NCBI GenBank assembly: GCA_029953675.1
Contig: JAMWBK010000005.1
Location: forward strand, 1,302,001-1,366,000
Length of the DNA: 64,000 bases
Reading direction: 5' to 3'
Origin: Rhodosorus marinus CCMP1338
Taxonomy: Eukaryota; Plantae; Rhodophyta
Shown here: one piece after another, positions 1 through 11,421 of the stretch
Layout: every line of letters starts with the position of its first letter
Position numbering within the stretch: the stretch's first letter is position 1
Position numbers and translations under genes: made by a program
Notes under the pieces: generated by a model
Told to the model about the DNA's origin: nothing
The model's database searches: none
Seen by the model: the letters and a program-made list of their open reading frames with translations, nothing else

Positions 1-624
1 GGAGAATTCGCATAGCCCTGGAAAGAAAGTGAACCGAGCTGAAGAATAACAAAAAAAAAGGGGTTGATGTTTCTGTTGGGCGTCGGAAGGACGCGCTGTC
101 GTTAGCTTTGATGGGAAGCCTGCTCCCAAAGCCCGGTGCCCAATGGAGAAGTTAATAGGACATAATGTATGGTAATCGACCGCTTTGACTTTGCAGGGGC
201 CCTTCAAAGGGATGATCCATTCTGCCAGCCTATGGAGGAACCACCAACATCGACCCGTCATTTTAGTCTAATGTTCATCACCATCTACAAAAACTGTCCC
301 ATTCTCATGTAGGACAATTTGTCCCATCCCGTGATCATTTTAAAAGGCTCTTATTTTAAAAGAAAAAGGAAAACTCTGAGTGATACGTGTTGAGATCGTT
401 TGCACGCTTTGAGAGCGTTGGCGGAGGAGCTGGCAGTCTACATAGAAGAGAAGAGTACTTAAATTGGAAGGAGAACGAGGGTTTTCTGAAGTGGGTTGCA
501 TTTTTTGGGGGGATATGTTTAGGATTTGTTGTCTTACGCGCTTTTCATTGTCTTGAGGAGGGCGCGGGGTGGGAGCGGGGGGAGGGTGGAATGTATGGAG
601 CAGTTTGATTGTTAAGGTTTGGCG

Positions 625-3600
625 ATGAGCGATGTTGAAGAGCATACAGAAGAGGCTGAAGAAGTCGCTATCCAAGGTAGGGGGTTTTTAAGAGCAGGGG
701 CTCATCTAGGCCCAGGTGTTGATCGACGATTTGTTTCGAGTTTGTTGTCTTTGCTTCTTTTTTTTTTTGCTTTTGTTTGGTTTTTTTCTGGTTGTCTTAC
801 TGGGTGAGTGGGTCTCTTGATTCTGTCCTCCCGGGGGGGGTTCTGTAGGTTGCTGCGGACGGGAGTGTGGTTGAAGATGAATCGAAACCTGATGAGGCAG
901 AGGAATCTGCTGATGCAGTCCCGGCTGTGAGATCCTCATCCGTGGTTCCTTCCGCCGCGGTGGAGAGCACGAAGGGCGAGCGCACCAGACAAGGAGCAGA
1001 CGCGGCGGTGAGGACCTCAACAATATCCGGGGATGCGTTCGAAGTTTTTGACAGAGTGCGGGCGACAGGGTCACAACCACCGCCAGAGGATGCCGCTGTG
1101 AGATCTTCCTCGTTACATGCCTCAGCTCTGCAGGAGGAAGCAAGTACCACCTCTAAGGGACGTTTGAATAGAGAACTGTTTGTCAAGGTATGCAATACGG
1201 AAATCAGGAACGAACAGACTGGATACGATCCATGAAATCCCTCAACATTTACCATCTTGTAGGCTCGTGAGGATCATGCGTACGAGGAGAGTCCAGATAC
1301 AGTCGCTGCGAGATCAGGATCAGTTCTAATAGCCACTCAACAATCCATTGATCTTGAACTACCTACTTCCGATGACCAAGGCCAGCTACCGGATCTTGCG
1401 TATCGAGCAGAGTCGATCATGGGGAAGGGTGTGGAAAGCGCCGAACTGCATGCAGGGGCTCTCGAATATCGAAGCAACGAAGCAGCCAGTCCCTCTCAAC
1501 CCAGATCAGGTGGTTTGGGGAGCGAACACGCAGTACTCGACGACCGCGCAGGCAAAGCCAGTTCTGTCTTTCTGAGCGGGAGAGAAAGCATCACCTCTCA
1601 ACACGAGGATGCGCCATTGCACGAGGCGGCAGAGAAGACTGGCTCGATCTACCTCGGGGCCAGGGACAGCATGATTCCTGAACCAGCGGAGGCTGTGTCC
1701 ACTCGCGAAGCCGCGGACTCTGCTTCTAGAACAGCCTCCGTGTTCCTGAGCGCGAGAGAGAGCGTATTTAGGCCCTCTGAGGACGAGGATGTTTCTGCAG
1801 AGGTTGCTTCCGCTGCTAAAATGGATTCAGTCTACCTGAGCGCGAGGGAAAGCATGGTACTGGAGACGCCGCTCAATGCAGATGACGCTGCTGACGCTGC
1901 GAAGAAAACAGACTCTGTACACCAAGCTTCGTGGCAAAGCTTCGCACCTGGAGAAGCCACAGTGCTCGGTAAAGCCGGCGATACAGGCGATGCAGTTCCT
2001 GACCGTGCGCAGAAAGCAGGATCTGTGTTCCAAGGCTCTTATGAGAGCATGGCTCCGGGAGCTGCTACACAGACAGTCCAAGAAGATTTTCCCTCGGATC
2101 AGGCGCAGAAAACACCATCAGTCTACCTTGATTCCAGGGAGAGCTTTGCTCAAACCCCCGCAATGCAAGCTTCAGAGCTAGAATCAACTTCGACGGAGAA
2201 ACCTGGTGAGAAGGACAGCAAGGCCCCGAGCGGGAGAGCGGCTGCGGCTGCAGCCTTGGGCGCTGGTGCTGCAGTTGCTGCTGGAGCAGCAGTGGCCGCA
2301 GGAACTGCACAGAGAGCTCCGAAACCACCAGCTCCATCATTCAAGAATACCGAGAGTGATCTGCCGCCAAGGGCAACACCTCCGGTGGGACGAGTGCCTT
2401 CGAGCCGGCGAGCGATGCCGGCGATGGCCGCGAAGGGCTCGCAGGCTCCTTCTACGGATCCATCAGCATCCCAGAGGATGACGGAGGTGCCATCCGCACG
2501 TCCCGGGCTTGCCCCCTCGGCCTCCGCAGTACGAGACGATAAAGCGTTTCGAGCCCCATCTTTCATGGGAGGGTCTGGTAGCTATGTAAGCACTACTTGT
2601 GGAAAACAGAAGCGGCGAGTATTTAACCAAGGTGCTAATTTGTGTAAGCTGAAAACTTGCCTGCTTTTTCCAGACCTCCAACGCATCCTCCTTGCAAGTT
2701 AACCCAGCAGCAGCTGTTAAGGACACGTCGTTTATGGCCGGTGGGCTTAGCTCCGAGGTGTGGGACTCGTTTGACGCCGTTTCCTTGCCCAATTGCCTCA
2801 ACAGACCATGTATTCTTCGGCTTTGTTCCTAGGTAATCGGATCGGGTGTCCAGAAACGCGAAATGCCCCGGAATGTGACCACAGAATCTGACATTTTCGT
2901 AAGCGCATGCACGAGCTCCTTCACGTTGTTTTCCGGACAGTCCATGGATCGCTAATTGGAGCGCTAATTTTTGCGTTTCGTTACTGTCAGGGAGAGGGCG
3001 ATTCTAAGATGGTGCAGCGCGTCACAACGGAGCCTCTTGTAGCGGAGGTAGATTTCCTCCTCCTCTGGACTACCACGTAGCCTTGATAGTTCACCCTTTG
3101 CTGATGATCTGCTGCTATTTCTCTACCGATGAATCCAAGGATGACAAGCAGAGAGCTCTAGACTCATCCCTTGTCGCACAAGCTTTTGCAGCCGCGCCGC
3201 TGTTCTCGTCGGAAAGAAAATCCAAGGCTCAGATTACCGTCTTGATCTGTAAGTTGAATCTCGTCTGCAGTGAATTCTGCATCCATGCCGTACAAAGATG
3301 GGACGTTCTGATAATTGTGCTTGCTCGCTCGACTCAGATTCAATGTATGGTCATGTCAAGATCATGGCTGACGCAATGTTGGAAGGACTGAGGTCGGTAC
3401 CAGGCGTAGACGTCAGTGTATACCAGGTTGCTGAGACGCTGGATGATGAGGTGCTTAAGAAGCTTCCCGCGAAAGCGACGTCCGAATTTCAGACACTAAC
3501 GGTCGCCGATGTTGAGATCTTGACGAAGGCAGACGGGATAGTGTTGGGTGTTCCCACCAGATTCGGGGCAATGCCCACACAGATGAAGGTTTGTCGAAAG

Positions 3601-3996
3601 ATTCTATCATGTATGAGGCCGAAGAACCTCAACTGATCATTTGGAGCTATCGGACCGCAGGCTATCCTCGACTCGTGCTACTTTTTATGGAGGGAGAATG
3701 GTCTCCTCGGTAAGCTTGCCACCGTTTTCATGTGCTCGGCCTCGATGCAAGGTGGTCAAGAAACGACTATGCTCTCTACCATTCATGAACTCGCACACTA
3801 CGGAATGCTGTATTTCCCAATTGGGATAAGACCGGAGATGATCCACGCCAAGGAGCCACTAGGGGGTACCTGCTACGGAGCGGGGTCCTTCACAGCGGCA
3901 AATGGAACACGCCTACCGTCGGAAACTGAGAAGCAGCTGGCTCGATACCAAGGAAACGCATTCGCTACGAAAGTTAGAGAGTTCGTCTGCACCTAA
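625..3996 (+). CDS. Multi-exon protein: long acidic, repeat-rich N-terminal region spliced to a C-terminal WrbA-type flavodoxin-like NAD(P)H:quinone oxidoreductase domain
   Basis: WrbA motifs QITVLIYSMYGH (across intron 3249-3337), ADGIVLGVPTRFGAMPTQMK, GKLATVF..S..QGGQETT, GGTCYGAG. Phase-0 GT-AG introns link the upstream ORFs in frame: 1188-1262, 2586-2672, 2758-2831, 2898-2990, 3048-3139; also 3589-3660. The start at 625 is uncertain. The WrbA domain alone (3140-3996) is high confidence. Confidence 0.65.
1530..2140 (+). repeat. About seven in-frame peptide repeats, consensus [KR]-x-x-S-V-[YF]-L-x-x-R-E-S, spaced about 28-32 aa
   Basis: KASSVFLSGRES, KTGSIYLGARDS, RTASVFLSARES, KMDSVYLSARES, KTDSVHQASWQS, KAGSVFQGSYES and KTPSVYLDSRES in ORF 1419..2702. 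Confidence 0.85.
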
Positions 3997-4027
3997 CTAA
4001 CAAAGAACCAGAACAACGAAAATGAAT

Positions 4028-4312
4028 TCATACACAGTAACTAGAACGATTCGGAGAAAGACTGTCACCTCCTTTCGTGAGCTCCGCGGCTTCCTGATAG
4101 ACCTTTTTCGAGAGGCTCAATTTGAGATTGTGTCGATCGCATAGGCTAAGCAGTAGCTCCTTCAGTCCATAGTCCCAATCTTCACGGAGTGGACTCGACG
4201 AAGAATGGGCTGAGCCTTGGCCAGTTAACATAGTGGATTTGGATGTGCCAGGTCGGCTGACATTTGTGCTTTCAATTCGAGGCCTGCTCGGCAGTTGAAT
4301 CTGCTCGGACAT
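4028..4312 (-). CDS. Probable last exon of a hypothetical protein, convergent with the WrbA gene
   Basis: 94-aa ORF with a protein-like helical segment (DWDYGLKELLLSLCDRHNL). No family recognised and upstream exons not resolved. Confidence 0.3.
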   Translation of the reverse strand: MSEQIQLPSRPRIESTNVSRPGTSKSTMLTGQGSAHSSSSPLREDWDYGLKELLLSLCDRHNLKLSLSKKVYQEAAELTKGGDSLSPNRSSYCV

Positions 4313-4764
4313 GTGGAATAAACATATTTTGGTGTACTTATCTCGCAGATAGACTCAGGCGTACAGCCCTGTTAACAGGGCCGTCTCAGAAAATGAGCAT
4401 TGAGCGAGTTGCTGGCATCTTCATTGATCGTTTCCTCTGGTAGTGTTGCTAAACTGCACTGCTAGACATGTCTCATCGACTTTGAATCTGAGAGATGTCG
4501 TCAGTTGAAAGCACGCGCTTTCTTTTGCAGTACAGGACGCTCCAGAATCCTCGGAATGTGAACTTTGCACTTGACAGGAGAACTTGGATGGACGTTTTGA
4601 TGGAGGATGTGAGCAAGTTCACTCACAGCTTGACTTTGGGAGCCCGGCTGCTTTGACAAGGGGTTCGCCTATTTGCTTTCGATCCCCCGAGTTTTGGTTG
4701 CTTTTTGCAAGTCCTGAAAATATCGATCGAATCGTTTTCGGTTTGTCCGTTTGGAAGCGAATCG

Positions 4765-6551
4765 ATGCCGGAGCTTCCTGAAGTTGAGCACGCGCGAAGG
4801 CTGCTGCAGCGGCACTTGGTGGGTAAGCTCGTTCGATCGATGACGGTGGATGTGGCCGATGATAAGGTCTTCGAGGAATGTTCCAAGACGTTCGAGAAGA
4901 TGATACTAGGAAAACGGTTCATGTCTGCGCACAGAAAAGGCAAGCTGCTTTGGCTTGAAACCGATCGGGCACCTCATGCGATCTTCCATTTAGGCATGAC
5001 AGGTGCTTTCTTCATCCGGGGTGAGGAACGTATCCGATACGTTGACACTCGAGGAGGTCATGAAAGCACTTGGCCGCCTCGATTTACGAAACTAAGGCTT
5101 CAGATGGACGACGGTACTGAGGCCGCATACACAGATCCGAGACGATTTGGGCGGATCCGGCTCTCCGATGATCCGAGAAAGTTCATATCGGACTCGAAGC
5201 TTGGATTTGATGCCCTGAACGAGCTTCCTGACGAGGCCGCCTTCCTAGAGGAGTTGCAGAGGAGGAAGCGATCCGTATCGAAGGCTCTTTTACTCGATCA
5301 GAGCTTTGCTGCTGGAATTGGCAATTGGGTAGCTGATGAGGTGAGAGCGAGAGGCCGATGCATCTCCATAACACTTGGCCATGGTTTTAACCAGATAACG
5401 TACACAGGTTCTGTTTCAGGCTAGGATTCATCCCCAGAGGCTCGTCGGTTCTCTTTCAGAATCCGAGAAGCGTCAGCTGAGGTTGTCCATTCATAGCGTC
5501 GTATCAAGTGCTGTGAACGTTGACGCGGATTCGGATAAGTACCCAAGGTCTTGGCTTTTCCACTACCGCTGGAGCAAGTCAAAGAGTGGAAGAGTCGTAA
5601 ACGACGAAGGATTGGAGATCAGGTTCGAGACCGTGGGCGGAAGAACCTCGGCGTTTGCTCCAAAGGTTCAGAAGCTTCGTTTTGGTTCCGAAGGTGCTGC
5701 TTCTGGCACCGTTTCAAAGGGGAGGGAGGTGATAGCGAAGAAGAAAATGAAGAAGACGAAGAAGAACGTAGATATCGTGGAGGAGGCAGAAGAGGAGGGA
5801 GAAGGGGAGGAGGTTGGTAGAATTAGTCCAGTTGGAAATATGAGGAGACGAAGCAGGAGGCTCGCTGCTCTTCAGGAGCATGAGGATGAGGAGGTGAAGG
5901 AAGGCCCACGTGGTGATGAGGTGAAGGTATGTGTCAAGGATGAGGAATCCTCAAAAGAAGCGGGGTTGGCTGGTTCTGACTTGGAAGAGGTTGGGACAGG
6001 TGCGAGCGAAGAGGGTGATGCGAAAGAAGAGGCCGACGTAGGGGCGAGCGGAAAATCTGCGAAAGAATCTGAAGACGATGATGATGATGAAAATTTAACA
6101 ATGATTGGAGCCCTTGCGGTTCAGAGAATGGAATCGAGAGGCGAGAATGCGGATGGCTCTTCTCGGCGACAATCAGTGACGGGTAGAGTGGAAGCAAGGA
6201 GAAAACGGAAACGCGCACCAAAGGTATTCAACAGAAAAATGGATGTAAGAAAAGCGTAAATGCCTCTGAGTCGGATGTCCTAACTTTTGTGCTGCTTTTC
6301 ATGGTTTCTTCTCGTCCAAGGCGGGAACAGATGACTGGAAGGTAGAGGTAGACCTGTTGTTTGAGCTACTTGGCGGGAGCGAGGAGGCGAAAGTGCTCAC
6401 TGTCGATAACCTTGTAGAGGCCGCCGCAAACGCCGGGGAGAGTCTAACTTCAATCCAAGCCCAGGATATGATCACGTTGTTCGATCGAACTGGCACAGGG
6501 ACCCTCACCAGACAGGATTTTGACGAAGTGGTGCTGAAGACGGGTCTTTGA
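4765..6551 (+). CDS. mutM: Formamidopyrimidine-DNA glycosylase (Fpg/MutM, zincless plant/fungal type) with an acidic linker and a spliced C-terminal centrin-like EF-hand lobe
   Basis: Starts MPELPEVE; RKGKLLW, HLGMTG, DPRRFG and the H2TH motif LLDQSFAAGIGNWVADE|VLFQARIHP (intron 5341-5407). A second intron, 6245-6320 (GTAAGA donor, CTAAC at 6280, AAG acceptor), joins in phase 0 to the exon ending DMITLFDRTGTGTLTRQDFDEVVLKTGL*. Confidence 0.88.
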
Positions 6552-6955
6552 AAGGCACGATCCGAAGTATCTCAACTTTCGTCAAATGCCAATCCTCCAC
6601 GGACTTGGGGGGCGCGTTCTACAGGCGCAACCGCCAGGGAGAATCTAACCTCGATCCAAACCCAGGATATGGTTACGGTATTCGATCGAACTGGCGCAAG
6701 GACCCTCTCGAGACAGGATTTCGACGAAGTGGTGCTGAAGACGGGTCTTTGAGAAGCGCGATCCGAAGTATCTCAACTTCCGTCAAATGCCAATCCTCCA
6801 CAGACTTGGGGGTGGGGTGGGGTTTCGATCGAACTGGCTCAGGGACCCTCACAAGACAGGATTTCCACGAAGTGGTGCTGAAGACCGGTCTTTGAAAAGC
6901 GCGATCCGAAGTATCGCAACTTCCGTCAAATGCCCTCCCTCCATGGGGACTTGCT
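6425..6955 (+). repeat. Tandem triplication of the last EF-hand coding segment plus stop codon and 3' UTR
   Basis: The unit tcgatcgaactgg...gaagtggtgctgaagac(g/c)ggtctttga...gatccgaagtatc...cgtcaaatgcc starts at 6481, 6682 and 6825 (periods 201 and about 143 bp). Confidence 0.95.
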
Positions 6956-7978
6956 GGGGCGTTCTGACTCTGACTCCGCTTCCGCCACCCAAGCACACCC
7001 GATTCCCACTTGCCTTCCGACATCCCCCAATCACGCTTTCCAAACGTCGTTAAATGAAACTTACTAAATAATTAAAATTTTCACAATTTTTCTATCCAAT
7101 CAAACGAAGAGAATCCCACTGCAGACCAGATAACGTTCTATTTACTTCCATATTTCACCTTCACACATTCATCAATAAAATCGAATGTTTTAAATCACAC
7201 TCGGGCAATCCGCACGAAATTTTGCGCCATTCTAACCCTGTCCCATCCCATCCGCCACCGCGAAAAAATCTCTTCTAAAAAATATCTCATATATTCAATC
7301 AATCATTAAATATACGCCAATAAAAACGATATAATCGTAATATTTGAGTAAAAAACATAAAATAAAATTAGTCTACCGTTCTCGGAGGTCAACCCTCTTG
7401 GATATTTTATCCAAAAAACATACACCGACTGGATATCCCATTAGTCCGAAAGAAGAGCATTATTTACCCCCCTGATGGGAATTGGAAAGGTTTGATTCAA
7501 ATGTTGTATTTAATAATAATTAATTGACAGTTGCAATGTAAATGATATTGTAGGTAAGGGGCCAGATTAATTTTGAGTTTACTTATCTTTTTGTTTAGAT
7601 AAGTCGTGCGGATTGGAAGGATAGTTTTACGTCAGTGTGTTGGACAGCTGATTCTTTGGCTCGGGGAAGGAAGGGAAAGGGAGGGAGTTTTAATTAGAAA
7701 CGGCGATGAGTTGGGAGAGATAGAGAAAGAGGTGTTGGGGTTTGGAGGGGAGAGGGGAGGGAGAGTGATGATGGTTATATAGGCACTATAGATAGTCTGG
7801 ATGAGGGATAAGGAGGAGATGAGGAGAGGAGGAGATGAGGAGGTGACGAGAGGTGAGGAGGTGTTGGGTTTAGTAGTGTTGGTGTTAGGGGTTGTGAGGT
7901 TTCCTTTGGTTGTTGGTTCGTGGTGTGGTGCTCGTTTGTTGTTCCTTTCGAGGTGGAAAGGGGGAAGTTATTGTTAGA

Positions 7979-9531
7979 ATGGGTATGGAATCTATGGACA
8001 GTGATCGGTTTAGGGTAGCCGGATTTGCGACCTGGATTGCGGTTGCACAAGGGCCCAAGGGGTCGAAGGGACAGCGGAGTACTCAGAGGCAGGTTGAGCA
8101 GCGGAAAACGACGTGGTCCTTAGGGAAGGGAGAAAGCGCTCCGCAGAAGGCTGAGAAAAAGCTTGAAAAGCGTGGGGATAGGGTCTCGACATCGGCGCAA
8201 TCGCGGGGATGGAGGAGACATCCGGGGTTGAAACTTAAGTCTGTGCCAAACTTGGACGGTGTTTACCTTCACTACCATACGGCTAGAGGCGCAGGGAAGA
8301 CCAATTCTGCCCCTCCAGTTTTGTTTCTTCCCCATGGTCCTCACGCTCCCTGGATGTTTGAGGAGAAGCTCTTACCCTACTTTGCGAGACGCGGTTTCTC
8401 AGCGTATACTTTTGATCGCCACGGCGCGGAGTATGGTGAGTTGGTGCAAGCCGCCATCGAGTGGTGTGACTAGATGTAATGCTTAACGGTTTGCGCTCGC
8501 GGAACCTGTGACTAGGACAAGAGCAGCGTTCATTTAACTTAGATGAGTTGTGTCAGGAGGTGGAAGAAGTTGCTAAATCCCTACCGAGCCCACCGGTGAT
8601 TGTGGGTCATGGTACAGGAGGGTTCATCGCACAAGCGTAAGCAAATTCCGTCAGAAGATGCCCTCGAACGTCTGGTGTTGACGAACGGGATTGCCACCTC
8701 TTCGCGTTCGCAGGCTGATTGAAAGGCGGAAGATAGACTCTCCCGCTGTGGTGCTTCTTTGCCCAGTCCCTCCGTCCGGATCAACCTCGCTTATGATCCG
8801 ACACTTCTTGAGATCACCCAGGGAAGGATTCCGGCGCATGCAAGCAGTGCTCAGGGGCACTGCTTATGACAGCGCAGAGGCTATGAGAGAAGCCTTCTTC
8901 ACAGTAAGCTTTGGCGGCAGTCCAGGCAAGCCCCGGCCAGAGTACTCGAGTCTTGAGTGTCTAATCCGACTCGTTGCACGTCATAGGATAAACTGAATGA
9001 AAGACGGCTAAGGTCGTTCCTTCGCAGAGCCCGTAAAAGAGCCGCTGTACTAGGAAAGTCCGCGCATGTCAGCTACACCCTGAAACCGCTGAATATATCT
9101 GACGAGGTAGGCTTTTTGCAACGCTGGAAACGATCCTTGACATATTGACTGAAGCGTGGATATTCTGTACTCTGTTGCAGATTGTTCAGGAATTTGAGGG
9201 TAAAGTGATGGTCCTCGGTGCGGAAAAGGACTATTGGATTGATAATGAGGCGCTGCTGGAGACAACTAGGAAGTGGATTCCGGAGCGGGTACATCCCATG
9301 GTTATACCTGATTCGGCGCACGACTTCGTTTTGGACGAAGACTGGCGAAGGGGTAAGTAAACTGTTCCCTCGAACTGTATCTTTAGCTTAGACTTGCAAC
9401 TTACGGCACCACTTTCAAACGCAGTATCTGACGTGGTTGTCGAGTGGCTGCAACGAGTAGTGGCGGCGACAGAGATTATGGATCTAATGGCTGAGCATAC
9501 ACAACCTTCGATATCTGACTTTGAACTTTAA
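7979..9531 (+). CDS. Alpha/beta hydrolase-fold protein, probably plastid-targeted, multi-exon; nucleophile Ser replaced by Gly
   Basis: PVLFLPHG..APWMFEEKLLPYFARRGFSAY, PPVIVGHGTGGFIAQ, LLCPVPPSG, VMVLGAEKDYWID and SAHDFVLDEDW across exons with GT-AG introns. Confidence 0.85.
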
Positions 9532-10783
9532 CAGCTGGCGAGACGCGTTGCGAACGACCCGCATAGGCAGCAGGCCTGCGGTATATTTAGAAAACTGCCC
9601 TGAATTGCATCAGCCCGGCACAAATTTCGTATTTATATTTCAAAAGAGATACACTTTACAACCAAAATGTATTCTCAATGCAGATCCTGTGACCTCGACC
9701 ACAATTTAGACTATAGCGTGACTTGAAATCTGCAAAACCCTACCCACAGCCAGCGGCTGGAACCACCGACAAAGGTCCAGCTCCTCACCGGTTCGCTCAC
9801 AGTTCCTCACCCAGTGCCAAAAAAACCTCTCGGCTGACACTCCAATCATTCTCATCCCTTTTCAATCAATATAATCCAGATCAATCAAATAAAAACAACA
9901 CGTGGCTGAAAACAATTAGTCATTTTTAAATCAAATAACTCTATACATATAAAGTATATACTTTAAAAGTCGCATATTAACGGTTAAGAAACGGGAAACA
10001 TTTGGCTTTTTGTGGAGGTTTGGATGTTATTGGCTTAAAATAAGAGAAAATAGAATACTCCGTAGATAGTTTAAAACGATCAAGGGAAGGGAGAGGGAAA
10101 GGGGGGGGGCTGATGGTCGGCTTTGTCGAGCTGGATAGAAGAGACGTCCTAAGAACAGGGTCTCTGTTGTGGAGACTTTTTCACTCTTTTGAGCGACTGC
10201 CTTGTTTTGCGCTACTACGAATGAGAGACTATTCTTACGTTGGTCTGTCTTCTCCTTGAGGCGTTTTTTTTTTTATCCCTGTGACGTTCTAACTAGCTCC
10301 TTCAGGTTTTTTAAGACCTCTCTCCCCTTCCCCCCCCGTCCTAGTCCCGACTTCCTGTCTCGGCTGTTTTCTTTTGCTTAGGGTAAGGCAGTGTCTATTG
10401 AGTGATGGGACAGGTGGTATTGCTAGCAATGGTTTTGAGTGGTCTGAAAATTGGGAGACCGGTTTTGGGAAAAGCGGGTGAAGGGGAGCTTTGATAAGGA
10501 TTTTGAAACGGATGATAGGAAGGACTGAGTGTAGTTTGTTAGAGGATCCGTAGGATCGATCTGGAAGGTTGATCCTCGTGTCTTTGGCTTTGGCTGGTTT
10601 TGTGTTGGTGAGTAGTTGGGATCGAGGGATTGTGGAGTTGAGCGGTTGGGCTGAGGTTTTTAAAAAGTTACTTTCTTGGTTGTCAAGATGAAGCATCTTG
10701 TGATTACTATGAACCTGTTCCTGAGGGTGAGTTTTGATCGCCGTGTTTCTCATGTGCTGGAGTGGACGCTTTGTTGATCGGGG

Positions 10784-11421
10784 ATGGGCGTGGGTGGAAT
10801 GTTCGTCGCTTTTTGGGGGGGGTTCGATCTGATGGTTTGTGGTTTCTTGGCTTGGTTCTTTGTGACATAGATTTGCTTCGGCATGACTCTGTTTACCTGG
10901 ATTCTGTTCACGTATTCCCCTACGTCTGGATACTCTCGGATAACCGTTGGATCGGCTGTGTTGCCGTTTCTGTTTTCCCTCGGAATCCCCCTCGTCATTT
11001 GGAAGGTGGATATAAGAAACGTACGCAAAGCAACACGAACTCTGAAACGGAAGGAGCTTAAACGCTCCATGAAACTAACCAGTGCTTTGCTGAAATATTT
11101 TCTAGCTGAACATCTCCAGTCTCGAGAGCTTGCGAACCTATCTCTTCGGCAACGATGATATTTTACTGGTCTTTGTCTTGCAATACTTGGCCTATGGACT
11201 GCTAGTTGGTACGTAGTGTGAGAGTGAAGATCCGTACACTGGTTGATCCAAGCTTTCCTACTTATTAACGAGTTGCGATCTCGGGAACAGGCTCCTGGAT
11301 GGCGTTGGACGGTGCACGCCTTGGAATACCAAGCTACCTGATGGTCCCTTGCCTGGCTATGACTATGTATCTCGGTCCGTTTGGAGTGTTTATGTACGTG
11401 ACGTCTTTTCTATCGTCGTAA
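10784..11421 (+). CDS. ABA4-like / DUF4281 membrane protein (4 exons; first exon uncertain)
   Basis: Exons 10871-11008, 11106-11208 and 11291-11421 give LFTWILFTYSP...LQYLAYGLLVGSWMALDGARLGIPSYLMVPCLAMTMYLGPFGVFMY, matching the family pattern HYLAFDLFVG.W...D....G....L..PCL.LT.M.GP.G. Confidence 0.8.
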
